64,000 nt of DNA from Torpedo marmorata (taxonomy: Eukaryota): positions 128,960,001 through 129,024,000 of the forward strand of contig OZ360220.1 of NCBI GenBank assembly GCA_977017645.1, read 5' to 3'. Made by a program: the position numbers and the translations under genes. Shown here piece after piece: positions 39,998 through 52,774 of this stretch; the first letter of the stretch is position 1; the number at the start of each line of letters is the position of its first letter. The notes under the pieces were generated by a model. That model saw nothing but the letters and a program-made list of their open reading frames with translations. It had not been told where the DNA came from and searched no databases.

Positions 39998-40796
39998 CTG
40001 CAAGAAAAACACAACTGTTTTCACTATCTTGCAAAAATTGCTCCAAAAAATCTTGACATAGTTACCCTCTCAGTTACACTTAATCGGACCAAACTATAAT
40101 ATTTGAAATTATTTAAATTATGAAATTATCCTGTTATAGTACAGGAGTTATGAAAACTAATTTGAACACATCAAGATTTCATGAACAGAAATGAGATAAT
40201 AACCACATAAACTGTTCCAGTCATCTTGGATGAAAGATTAATATTGCCCAAGATAACCAGAAAATTAACCCTGCTCTATGTGGGGATCAGTGCAGCCATA
40301 AGATGGGATTCCCTCAGTACTGAATTGAACTACAAGCCTAAAGATGGGCCCAAGTTTGTAGAATGTGACTTAAAAACTGGCTCAAAGATAGGACCCACTG
40401 TCAGTTCATGAATTGAGCTTAAGAAATACTTGAAAGAGGTAAATTCTCAATGAGGTAGGACCAAGAGTAATGATACAAATGAGATAAAAGTTTCAAAGAG
40501 TAACACATGAACCATGGGTGAATGGTACTGACTGTTCTTTGAAATAAAACATTTGTTAAAGTATCTGCTTGCATGAAGTTTTTCAATGGACTGTTCTGAA
40601 TCTCATTTCCCTGATAGTTATTTCTGCCAGAAAAATAAACAGACCAGGCAATTCAAATTAATTTGACTAACAGATGGTCTTGATTAGCTTCACATTCAAA
40701 ATGTTTTACTTTGCTGGTTTGAAAAGAAAATACAGCATCTTTGCAACTGCACAATGACTCTCCTATGTTGGAAAAGTTATGGATTTTGCAACTTAC

Positions 40797-40957
40797 ATCA
40801 ACATGGCACAGCAGACTAGGATGAGGAAATCAAATCTGTCAATATCAGAAAACAGGGAATCCCATATTCGGATAACATCAGGAAGAAGGAACTCCTGGGA
40901 TAGCAGCAGCGTGAGCCAGCGAAAGGCAAAAAATTGTGGCTTGATATTCTGCTCTTG
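40797..40957 (-). CDS. TBC1D13: TBC1D13 exon 10
   Basis: QEQNIKPQFFAFRWLTLLLSQEFLLPDVIRIWDSLF...CCAML; 161 nt. Confidence 0.95.
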
Positions 40958-41439
40958 CTGTAATGTTAAATGTAAACATGACAAGCAATGGCCTAACCAT
41001 TCAAATTACACAGATGTGATTACATAATATTCACAGTACAAATACAGGCGCTATATTTCCAGAGCGTTAATGCTCCCCACAGGCCTCCCCCCTTTCCACT
41101 TCCAATCCCATGAGTAAAACCTTCCAACTGCTTCATATACTTTTCAAGCCCCTGTGCCATTTATCTCATCTGTACCACATGGCAACAAGTAACCACACTT
41201 CGAACAAAGATGTTTCCACTGGATTAATTAATGACAAATCTGTATTCATACTTCAAAGTTTGGATTCTTCCACAAGAGGAATAATTTTCTGTTTTCATCA
41301 CGTCCTACACAACCCAACCTAATTCTTCATAATCCAATTTGTACCAGCTTCAAAATATCATTGCATAATCAAATTGCTTGATTGGTAATTACACATAAAA
41401 GTACTCAAGATTACCAATGTCTATCACCATAGCATCTGT

Positions 41440-41900
41440 TTTAGCCCCCGCTTCACCCCCTCTGCTGTTGAAATCCTAATTCATGCTTTTGATACTGATG
41501 GTTGACAATTCCAATACCTCTTACTTGGAAAAAAATACATTTATCATTGCTGAGCTCACTGATTAAATTTAACTCCATCCCAAACTTATTCATTTGAAAA
41601 TTCTTTCTCTTCTCAAATCTTCCATTGTCCTGCCCTCCCTATCTTTGGGCATTTCTCTAGGCTGACAACCCTCACAAATGTTTTCCATGTTTTCAATTCT
41701 AACCTATTGATGCATTCTGCACTTCCTTTGCCTTACCACTGATGATCATGCCTTCAGCTTTCTCAGCCGTTAACCTGAGTGCTCTCCACATGGATCTCCA
41801 ACTGCTTCACCTCCTTTAAGACACTGGTTAAAACCTACTGTATATCTTTGACCAAACACTTGGCCAACTGAACTAATGTTTTGTCCTTTGATTGGGAATC
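41440..41900 (+). mobile_element. L2-like LINE 3' remnant
   Basis: ctgttgaaatcctaattcatgcttttg...catgccttcagc...cctttaagacactggttaaaaccta; similar remnants occur elsewhere in the introns. Confidence 0.5.
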
Positions 41901-43197
41901 AATTTTGCTGATTGTTTGTCCTGAAAAGCAATGTTTTGATATAACAATGATAAGTTGGAGGGACTCAGCAGGTCAGACAGCATCCATGGGCAGAAATAGT
42001 CAGTCAACGTTTTAGGTCAGAACCCTTTATCGAGAATGTTTTGATATGTTTAAAGTTCTATAAAAATGCAAGCTGTTGTTTTTATTAGCGGATATCCCAT
42101 GCTTTTGTTCATATTAAGTCAGATAATACACTTTTAAGGATATGTGTTGTATCATATGCACACAATACATCGTTCTGCTAAACAGCAACAATGTCCCTGA
42201 GACAACATATTAGCATTTAATTGTTGTTTGGAGTGAAAAGGTCTGTGAATAGAAAGAAATGCTTATATTCATTGTACCTTCCAAGACATTACTCTTCATA
42301 AAAATACTAATTGGCCATATTTTAACATTCTGAGGTGATGAAAGACATTATACAAAGACCCCCTTGGATCACCCACTTCCCTAATCATCTATTTTATTTG
42401 AAACATTTCCTCTTCTTTCTTTGCATAACAAAGATAACACAAAATGTTCAATGTATTTCCTCTTTTGTAAAACTCTCTTGCTCATGCTCTGATACTTAGC
42501 TCTCAATTTGTAGAATATTATGGGAATTTAAATATTCCCTTAAATAATCACATATTTATAATACAATGTACTGAAGGACTGTTGTCAAATAAAAGTTTGA
42601 CATTCATATTACAACCAACTACTAACTAAAAGCGGTAAAACAGGAAGGTTTTATGGAGGGTCTTAAAAGAGGATGGGCAAGGATTTAAGGACGGAATTCC
42701 AGTGCACAAGGCTTAGATGGCTGAAAATAAGCAGTTGAGTTAAATGAATAAGGAATGTACAAAGAGCCAAAAAAAGTGCAGAAACTTCTGGAAGTGTGGG
42801 GTACAGGGTTGGAAGAGTTTATAAAGGAGCAAGGCTATCAAGGAGTTTGATTAAAATTTTAATGTCAAGGACATGCCAGATCTGTAATTATTATCAGTCA
42901 GGGTGACCACAAGCAAATACAAGCTAATGAAGGAACTCAGTAGGTCAAGCAGCATCATTGAGAGAAAAGAATTGTCAACGTTTTGGGTCTGATCTCTTGG
43001 GTTCCAGCCAAAACATTGACCATTCTTTTTCTACCACTGACGCTGCTGAGTTTCTCCAGCAGATTGTTTTTTGCTTCAGATTCCATCATCTGCAGTCTGG
43101 TGTGTTTCCCTAGTGCACACATAAGGTTTGATGGATGAATGGATTTGAAACATTCTCCGTTGTTCAGTCTTATTTGCCTTTATACACCGTTTCATAC

Positions 43198-43361
43198 CAG
43201 TTTGAGATACAGATCCATGTCTTTCTCCTTCAGTGTAGAGTAAACTTTCTCCATTTTATAAGTGATCCCACACTGCGAGTCATCTAGGCTCTTGATAAAA
43301 TTGTCCCTGATTTCTGACATCAGGTTTGTGAAGCAGAAAAATGTATCTGCTTCTGCGTGTT
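43198..43361 (-). CDS. TBC1D13: TBC1D13 exon 9
   Basis: HAEADTFFCFTNLMSEIRDNFIKSLDDSQCGITYKMEKVYSTLKEKDMDLYLKL; 164 nt. Confidence 0.95.
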
Positions 43362-45048
43362 CTGGATAATTTAGAGAAAGAAAGAAAAATATAAAACAAG
43401 CAAGAGTTCCCTTTATCCAAAAAAATTAACTTTAAAAACATTTACACAACAATAATTTTTATTTTAAAATTTCAGAATGCACCAGGGTGGTTTAACAGTC
43501 AGAATTTACCTCTGAGCCTCGTAAGGAAACAGGAAAGTAAATCTATCAAAAATTGAGTCAGACAGATAAGTTTTAAGGAATGTTTTAAAGGAGGAAGTAA
43601 AGATAGAAATGCAGAGAAATTTAGGGTGGTAATGCCAGAGCTTAGGGTTTTGGCAGCTGATATGACTACCAATTTTCAAGCAGTTAAACTTAGAGAATAT
43701 CTTGAGATAACAATGTGTGTAAAACAACTATCTCAAGGAGTCGAAGGGCTGGAAAGATTACAGATACTGGAAAGGTGACGGGGTTTTGGGGCAGGGGGGA
43801 GGTTATTATGGAAGGATTTGAGAATTAGAATAAAAGGCCTAAATTTGAGGTGTTGAATGTAAAATTCAAATCAACAAGGTAATGAAAAAAAACATCATTT
43901 GATGGCACACATTCTAGAAACGGCCCACCTTCGATTGAAAGTCAATCCAGTTATAGGCAATAATACCCAGGCCTCCTAATTTATGCAGAGACGATAATAT
44001 AATAAACCCAGTCAGGGTTCTAGTTCTGATAAATGTCCAGTGATCCCTGATTGGCACATACCCATGTACAGAAAGGTCTGGTTCAGTTGTGAACCATCAC
44101 TTGGACATATGGTCTATAAATACACACTAACAAACTTCTGGATGGAGTTAAAAAAATAATGGCCATAATTATAAAACAGTCACTAATAAATCCTAAGAAA
44201 TATCCAACAGAGTTACATGAATGTGGAATGCAATACTACTTGCAATTGTTGATAAAAAATATTCTATATAACTTTCCAGGAAAAGATGAATAAACACTTA
44301 ATGAACATATTTATGCAAAGGCATACTGAAAGGAAGTTGGAGGCTTATGCAGAGCACCCATTTAATCCTGGGATGAGAGGGTTTTCTTATCAAGAGAAAG
44401 TACCATAGTCTTATCTTCTGTTTAAAAAAAACCAAGATATTTAATTGAAGTGCACAAATTTCTTGTCAGCCTTAACAGAGTGAATGCAAAGAGTTTTGTT
44501 TTTTTTTTTTTAAATAAGAGTGCAAGGATAAGAGGATGATCATTCTGAACTGAAAGAAAGAATTTCCACAGTTGGAAATTGTTGGATTTCTCCACAATTA
44601 TATTCAAAGGCTTGGATATTAATACTAATGGATCAAGAATTATTAAGATAATATAAAAAATGAAGCTGACGTAAGTGTAGTAGACTCAAAGAGCTGTATG
44701 ACATACTGCTATTTGTATTTATATTTCTTATAAATTGTGCCAGATACAAGTTGGTTCAAATTACCTGTTTCTGTACCATAAATTCTATGTATTCAACAAC
44801 GAATATCCAGTTGTAATCCCATCTACCAAAGGCGATGGAAAATGAATTAAATTCACTTAAAGAAGGGGAATGTAGGGAGAGGGCAAGTGGGTCAGAATTA
44901 TATATCATTCAGTAATCTTGTAGGTTCTGTGTATCATTCATTGGCCTCCCATACAATCTTGTAGGCAAGTGGGTCAGAATTATATATCATTCAGTAATCT
45001 TGTAGGTATAGTGGCTTTCCGTGCACAACTGAACTCTCAGAACCTCAC

Positions 45049-45250
45049 CTTTCCACTCAGTGTTAGGATCTGTAGCAAAGGTGTAGTAAATTGGACCCAC
45101 AATCTCATTCATGCCCTGAACATAAGCGATTCCTGGGTTCAGTTTGGCATAAATGAATAGGATTCTCTCGACCACCTCCCAGTGAGCCTCACAGCCATTG
45201 GGAAGCACTTCATATTCGTTGGCCGAGGTTGTTTTGCGAGGGGAGCAAAC
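45049..45250 (-). CDS. TBC1D13: TBC1D13 exon 8 (Gln-finger YVQGMNE)
   Basis: VCSPRKTTSANEYEVLPNGCEAHWEVVERILFIYAKLNPGIAYVQGMNEIVGPIYYTFATDPNTEWK; 202 nt. Confidence 0.95.
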
Positions 45251-45568
45251 CTATTGAAAGAGGGAGAAAAATGAAGGAAGCAACTAGAAATAAAAGCCAA
45301 TTAATGCTTTAACAGAATAGGTAAACTAATTTAAATTAATTGAAACTGTATGCTCTCAGATATCTCTTAATCACAATGGCAAAGCAGAAGAATGAAACTT
45401 TAATTAATGAAACAAATTATCAATCAAGATCATGAATCTTTTTGTTACCCTAGTGAGAGAAAATGCTAACATTAACCGGAGCAAGAATTAGATTATGCAA
45501 TTGTAAATTCTTGCCAGAATGAACCAGTTATTAAAGGTATGAAAATTATCCTACTGTGCGGATCTTAC

Positions 45569-45728
45569 ATTTGTAACACCACTCCGATTATGTGCAACTG
45601 TCTGGGATTTTAAAGTGGTTTGCTCTACACGCCTGCGAAGTGTTTCAAACTCATTTTGGGGATCCATAATCAAAAGGCATGGATAGTCAGTGGGTCGCTG
45701 GAAAAATGCCATGTCTGGATACAGTCGC
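45569..45728 (-). CDS. TBC1D13: TBC1D13 exon 7
   Basis: RLYPDMAFFQRPTDYPCLLIMDPQNEFETLRRRVEQTTLKSQTVAHNRSGVTN; 160 nt. Confidence 0.95.
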
Positions 45729-46528
45729 CTGAAAGAGAGAAATTAAGTGGAATACGTTGGAGAAGTTTAAAAGCACCAATGCTTCACTTTTGTTTAAAAA
45801 GGGAAAAAAAGTTCATTTTCTAATCTCGTCAAACTATTTGCTATATTGGCCTCCCATACATTCCTTAGGCAAAATTAGAAATGCAAATCAACAGCATATC
45901 AAAAAAATCTAGTGGTCTTGACCTTTTACGCAATGTTGGAATCACTGATGAAGATTTCTATAAAGCAGAATCACAAATTGAAATTGCATTACAAAGCTAC
46001 ATAAATTTGGTTTATATTCCCCTGAGTTTAAGATATTTTAGCATGATCAATCCAATTTGTTTTAAAAAAAAGAAAGATTTCAACATTGTTGACAATGGGA
46101 AACAATTTCCCCAGCAAGTTAATCAAGGAACAGAAGGGATCTTAACATTAGAATCATGCCATTCACAACAAAAATCAGCAAGCATCTTTACACAGAATGG
46201 GTAGCAGAAATTAAAAACTCTCTCCTTAAAAGAATGTGGTTGTTATGGATCAGTTGAAGAATAGATTTTTGTTAGATAATAACAGCAAGAGCAAAGGCAC
46301 GTAAATAGAGCTGACAATCACCAGCATTTAATTGAATTACAAAGAAGTCAAAGGGTTAAATTGTCTTCTGTTTCTGTCTTCCTAATGCACTGTACATAAA
46401 GAGAACTTGTTCTGGACAAACTTTATCCCAGTTTTGGTTACAAAACAAATGCACATTAAAAAGTACTTTTGGAGTGTCTTGAGGAAATAGAAGATACTTT
46501 CTCAGTACCAATTTCTTCTTCTCCTTAC

Positions 46529-46611
46529 CGAACATCTTTGTCAATTTGCAGGAGAACCTCATTGTCTTTAAAGTAAGTGTTCCATCGACTATCAGGGTTT
46601 GGATTCAAGGG
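46529..46611 (-). CDS. TBC1D13: TBC1D13 exon 6 (IxxDxxR Arg-finger region)
   Basis: PLNPNPDSRWNTYFKDNEVLLQIDKDVR; 83 nt. Confidence 0.95.
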
Positions 46612-47554
46612 CTGTTAGAAAAGAAATTAAAAAGTGGGAGAAGGAAAAATTCCAATGCAAGAAAATACAGAAAGGAAAATCTAGCCAGAAATAGAACCAA
46701 ATTTTGTAGAAACAAAATCATTTATCAACAAGATCAACTTGTGTTTATACAGCCTTTTATCATAGTAAAATACACTAAGAACGTTCACCTGCGACATTAT
46801 CAAACAAAATTTTACTCTAAACTACATTAGGATATAATAGGACAGATGACCAACAAGTTGATCATATTTAATATTTGATCAAGTTTAAAGGTGCATCTAA
46901 AAAGGGCAGAGAGCTTAGAGCGATTTAGAAGAGGACTTCTAGAATATTAGGCTCAATGGTGGAAAAAATAAAATTGTGTGTGTGCTCATTCCTGAAAGAG
47001 TGCAGACATTCCTGAGTGTAGATGGGGTTAGTTAGAGAAGCATTTGAAAGCAAAGATTAGGTTTATAAATAATGAGGTGATGGTAAATCAGGAGCCAATA
47101 AATATCATTCATTAATTAGGATGGCAGATATGATGGAGGATTGTAGTAAAGGTTTGTTCATCTTATTACTTTGTTTCCTTTCTCATGTTTGATCACTCCT
47201 GTCCTCCAAGTCACAGACCTTAGCCTTTAAAAGGAAAAATATGTAAGAAAAGGTTAAATAATTATAATGTTCTATCAACCAGAGCAGGCACCACGGGCTG
47301 AATTTCTCACCTCACATTTTCTCACAACATAGAAGGCCATTCAGCTCACTGAATCTTCACCAGCTCTCAGAGCATTTCCATCAAGCATCTTCTCCCACTT
47401 ATTTATCTCTCTCTGTCACATACACATGGCTAAGGGTAATTTATAGTAGCCAATTAACCTACCAGCACATCTTGAAAGGAAACTGGAGCACCTGGAAGAA
47501 GTCCACATGGCTACAGGGAGAACATGCACATTCCACACTAGGCATCTAAAGTCA

Positions 47555-47965
47555 AAATGAGGTTATGCTCCAACTTTATAAAACACAGGTCAGACCTCAG
47601 CTGGACTACTGTGTGCAGTTGTAGTCACAGCACCAGGAAAGATTTGAGAGTGCCGAAGGTGTAGAGGAGATTCACCAGGATGTTGCTAGGTCTGTTTTCC
47701 CTGGAAAGAAGGTGGTTAAGAGAGGACATGGCTGAGTTATATAAAATGATGAGAGATATAGATAGGGTAGTCTTCAAGAAACTTTTCCCTTTATCAAAGG
47801 TGAATACAACCAGAGGAGATAGATTTAGGGTATGGGATAAGAGATTCAGAGGGGGTCCTATTACACTCAGAGAGAGTGGTGAATACCTGGAATACACTGC
47901 CAGAGAGTGTGATGGAAGCAGAGCATTGACAGCACTTAAGCAGTGTCTAGATAAGCATTTGAATA
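47555..47965 (+). mobile_element. CR1 3' remnant
   Basis: GLFSLERRWLREDMAELYKMMRDIDRV-like ORF 47680-47982. Confidence 0.7.
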
Positions 47966-47974
47966 GCCCCGATG

Positions 47975-48203
47975 ACTGTTAGTGTAGCAGTTAGCGCAAC
48001 GCTGTCACAGCGCCAGCGATCGGGACTGAGATTCGAATCCTGCACTGTCTATAAAGAGTTGGTACGTTCTCCCCGTGTCTGCATGGGTTTTCCCCGGGGG
48101 CTCCGGTTTCCTCCCACCGTTCAAAATGTACCGGGGGTTGTAGGTTAATTGGGTGGCACAGACTCGCAGGCCGAAATGGCCTGTTACCGTGCTGTATGTA
48201 TGT
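47975..48203 (+). mobile_element. tRNA-derived V-SINE
   Basis: A/B boxes (tagtgtagcagttagc; gattcgaatcc) and V-domain ctccccgtgtctgcatgggtttt...ctccggtttcctcccac. Confidence 0.8.
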
Positions 48204-48284
48204 CTAAGATGATATTGTCGTCAACATCAGAAATGTATTGACTAATGAAAACCTTTTTCATGACAGAAAGCAAATGACACTCAC

Positions 48285-48384
48285 GTGGTCTTCCAATGTG
48301 ACATCCTCTCGGAAGAAGCCCAGATTTGCTTTGGCAATACCAGGCTGAATGATCATCTCCTTCAAGAACTGTGCATAAATTTCC
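48285..48384 (-). CDS. TBC1D13: TBC1D13 exon 5
   Basis: EIYAQFLKEMIIQPGIAKANLGFFREDVTLEDH; 100 nt. Confidence 0.95.
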
Positions 48385-49172
48385 CTGCAAATGAACACAC
48401 TATAATCGGGTCAAAGTAAATGTCAACTGATCCTTATTCCACATGGACCAACTAAACATGTTCCTTATGTCATCAAAATCCTTCCTCCTGCTGCAGGCAG
48501 ATGTATAAAATGCTGCATAATCAACTAAAGCAATTGTTTAAATGCTAAGAAAGACCAAATTTAGTTTCTGCCAAGATGAGTTTGAGTTGCTTTAAGGCAC
48601 TTACTTTAAGGTTATTAGATAACACAGAATGAAGGCAGTTTAATTATGGGTTTAGCTGAAGACCCAAATGTTTCAGCCCAGAAAGATTCAGTTAGCAATT
48701 TAAGACTATTTGTTCAGAATTCTGTAAACTTGCATTGGTACTGACATTTAATACAAGCGTAAGCCTCTTGCTCATGTGAATTCAGGTAGTTCTGGCTGTT
48801 GATGTCAAAGTAGCATTAAGAGTGAAATAGAACTTCCTCGCTTCTCCCAAAATAAAAGATGAAACTTCCCTACCCTGTAGTTCTAAGACCAATATCCCCC
48901 TTTGTTACAGTCATCAAGCTTTCCCTCCACTCTCAGCCTCTACAGGAGTGCCGTGATAATCCCAAGAGGAGAGGTCCCTCATTGGCACTGCCAGGAATGC
49001 CGTTCTTCACCATTATAAAAATATCAAATTCTGGAAATTCACAGCAGGTCAGACTACATCTTCAACCTGAAATGTTAGCTCGGTTTTTCTTCCCACACAT
49101 TAAGCCTTTTCAGTTTTGATTTTAGATTTCTAGTATCTGCATTTTTTAAAAATTTCACATGCAGTTCTTCAC

Positions 49173-49234
49173 CTTTGTTTCTTCAAGGAGGCATTCCACT
49201 GAGCCTGCTCTGTGGGAAGGTAATTGAGGAGGAT
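49173..49234 (-). CDS. TBC1D13: TBC1D13 exon 4
   Basis: ILLNYLPTEQAQWNASLKKQR; 62 nt; strong pyrimidine tract. Confidence 0.93.
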
Positions 49235-49936
49235 CTGAGAAGAGAGAAAAAAAAAAAAAAACTGGATTCAGAAACTGCTAACAAAGTCAAACTAGGAAAG
49301 GGTGAATTTATACATTATCCAGAGCACAAAGATAGATCATGCGAGTCTTTGACTCATTGCACTGCTATTCCACTCGATCCTCTTTCCCCAACCTCATGTT
49401 AAACATCAATATTCCTTTTTATTCCTTTCTTTCCCATGTACATCCAACTTTCCCCTAAATATACATGTTATTTGCTTCATTATCGAGTTATGCAGTTGAA
49501 CTACTGTCTGGTTAATTTCCCCAAATTCCCAATTTGATACCTTGGTTTCTGTGTTATCTTTATAGCTTCTAGTTTGCTCTCTCTCGTTTAGACAGCTCCC
49601 ATCATATACATCATCAACCCATTCATAATTGTAAAGAACTCTGGACCAGCAAGTTGCATTTATGTAACAGGTTTAATATGGCAAAATGACTCAAGGGGTT
49701 TTACAAGCCACAACATAAAACACAAGACATTAAGTCAGCTGATTAAAACCTTGGTTATGGAGGTAGATTTTAGGAATTAATTAACCTCTCACCTCCACAT
49801 TCCTCTGCCTTGCACACCCCTTTAAAATTGTAAACTGAATGTGTCAATTTTTAAAAGAATATTTTGGCAGACGCACTGACCAAGACATACTAACAGAGCC
49901 AACAATAAGTTTCTATGAAGAAGGTTTCCATTAGAC

Positions 49937-50576
49937 CAGCGTTTCCCAAACTGGGTTCCGCGGAAGAAATGGGTACTAATAACTAAAACTTGTAAAAAAC
50001 TGTTTTTATTTCATTTTAATTTAAATTACTTTTTACCTGTGTTTCTAAACAGTTGCCTCGATGCTAACAAAACAAAATGGCATCTTTTTCAACCAATTAG
50101 ACTCGGATTTCTTTTGGGGCAAGGCTGGCCACATTTTTAAAATTTAAACTGCCTCCCCCTCTTCTCGCTCCCTAAGCTGGGAGCGAGGGGCGGCGTAGGC
50201 AGCCCGGGCCGTGGCGGGGAGCGGCGGGGGCGGCCCGGGCCTCGGTGGGGAGCGGCGGGGGCGGCCCGGGCCGCGGTGGGGAGCGAGGGGCGGCAGAGGT
50301 AGCCAGGCCTGTGGCGGGGTTAGCCTGGGCCCGTGGCGGGACATGGTCGGGGCGAGGGGGGGGGGCTTTACTGAAGCTCAGCCTGGGCCCGGGTGGAAGT
50401 TAATCCGCTACTGGTGAGTTTATTTACTTTTTTTATATGCTTGTATATGCTTTATGTCTATTTATTTATATGCTTGTGTATATACCAGGTCTTTTAAACT
50501 GTAAATGACGATAGTTCCGCGATTTCCAAGTGCTCCCCAAAAGGGTTCTGTGAGTTAAAAAGTTTGGGAAGCCCTG
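49937..50576. mobile_element. Non-autonomous hAT element with a GC/CpG-rich core
   Basis: TIRs CAGCGTTTCCCAAACT / AGTTTGGGAAGCCCTG; 8-bp TSD CATTAGAC (49929-49936, 50577-50584). Confidence 0.88.
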
Positions 50577-51037
50577 CATTAGACCAATTCTATTGAAAAA
50601 GTTTTCAAATTTCCCTTCATGACCCTAGCACAAATGGCTTCAGAGGAAAAACTAATTTAATCTAGAATTCCCAAACTCCTTGGATGTTCTACAGTAATGA
50701 AATCTCCCGAACAGTGCTGTGAGCAAACTTGAAAAAGAAAATTGTTTTGCTTATTTCTCTGAACATCTCTGTTTACTGGTCATTAAACACGTGAGAATAG
50801 CAAATGACCAGGTAGAGCAATTTGGTGCAAGAGGCCATGTGACAAAAATTTGAGGAATGTATCTAATGCTGGTAACCCCATTTATCTCAGATGAAAACTT
50901 ACCTGGGGCGTGGCGTGATGGCATAGGTTGGAGACGTGAAAATACACCTCTCCCTGCAGAATTAATTAAAACCCGAATAAAAGAAACTTATTTAGTTATT
51001 AAAAAAAAAAGTTAAGCTGTTTATTAACGATTCAAGA

Positions 51038-52487
51038 ATGTCTACTAGAAAAACGAAAGAGCAAAAGTCAAAGAAAACGGTGTTTAAAGAAAGTTTAATT
51101 CAAGAGGAAGATCGGCCTACCTTAACGATGGAGCCTCGGGATCAAGTTCCTCTCCCTCTGAGGAAGATGCAGACAAGGACGGTGAAGGTAACTGCAGCAC
51201 CACCGCCGTCCTCCCGGGGAGCTGGGGAAGATGGCGCTGGTGCTCGAAGAAAGGTTAAAGAACTACAACTTCCGGCGGAACGTCTGCGCTTGCGCGAAAC
51301 GACGCGCATGCGCGATAAAGATCGCGAACTGTCAGCTACAGCTGACAGTAGAAGAAAAGCTCTGCAACTGTACCGCTATGAAGCTGAACAGGAACTATCG
51401 TCGTCTACAGATTCAGAAGAAAAAAGAAGAGAGGAAGAAAGATATCAAGAATTGGAAGGAGGAATACAAGAGATGGAGGGAGAGGAGCAAGAGGAAATAA
51501 GTGGAGAAGAGGAGGCTCAAATGCTTCAAGGTAAACAAGAATTATCAGTGTCTTTTATTGAAGCTATGGACAAATTAACAAAACAAGATTCATTGCTGAA
51601 TCAACGTATGCAGCATGGATTTACAGAGGTCAAGGAAGAAATAAAAGCTGTTAAACAAGATATGAAAAAGCATTCAAATATTGTGGATAAAGTAATACTG
51701 AGGGTTCAAAAAATTGAAGAGAATGTTAAGGATCATTACGAGGAAATGGTGGACTATAAGGATAGAGTGGATAAAGTGGAAGATTCATTCACAGATTGGG
51801 AGCTACAAAGGAATGAACTTTTACAAAAAATAGACGTATTGGAAAATCAGAGTCGGAGAAATAATGTTAAAATTGTGGGACTGCCCGAAGATTTTGAAGG
51901 GACAAATCCAACAATATTTTTTCAAAACTGGATTCCACAGACTTTGGGAATTGATCATTTTCCAGATGGACTTGAGCTGGATAGAGCTCATAGAGATAGC
52001 AGGAGAAAACCATATCCTGGTCAAAGACCACGTTCAGTTCTAATTAGATGCCTTAGATATCAGGATAAAGAGAAGATATTGAAACTGGCTGTTCAAAATG
52101 CAAGAATTCATCATGGTCCATTGATGATTGATAAAAATAGGGTGTTTTTTTAATGCTGATTTGAGTATGGTAATTATAAAAAAACAGAAAGAATTTAACC
52201 CGGCGAAAGCAGTTTTGTGGGGTAAAGGATATAAATTTTCATTTAGATATCCTGCGACATTGAAAGTTCAGTCTGCAGAGAATCAGTCACTTTTCTTCAC
52301 TGATCCTCAAGAAGCTTTACAGCATGCAAATTTACTTCCAGAATTAAAGAAAGATCAAGATTTTTCGGGGCGATATCAAGTTATCTTACCGGCTCAAGAA
52401 TTGCTCTCACCAAGAGTTTTAGAACAAGAAAATGGGGTCGTAATCGATGAGGATCAAGTTAATAGAGATCTTGAAGATGCTGGATGA
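51038..52487 (+). pseudogene. L1 ORF1p (coiled coil + RRM), one frameshift at the T7 run 52145-52151
   Basis: LENQSRRNNVKIVGLPE, LDRAHR, RPRSVLIR, then FNADLS...FRYPATLKV in the next frame. Confidence 0.85.
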
Positions 52488-52774
52488 AGAAACGATAACA
52501 AATTTGTTGGAAATCTGTATGGGGGGAGGTGGACTTTTTTGTCTTCTCCGTACCTAGTCGCGCGTCATTTTAGTGGCGAGGGCCACTTCCCGAGCAATGG
52601 AGGGTGGTAGTACTGGTGTAAATATACCAGCACTATATATAGTGGGTTCTTTAGTTCTTTATTCTCTTTTTATATCCTTTTCTCTTTTTCTTTCTAAGGA
52701 GATGTCAAATAGATTACAAATGTGGAAGGGGGAGCCGGCGGATCTGATGGAGAGAGAGTTATTAAATATCGGTA

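Noticed and set aside
47975-48045. tRNA-like sequence
   Set aside because: It is the head of a SINE continuing into a V-domain; no full cloverleaf.
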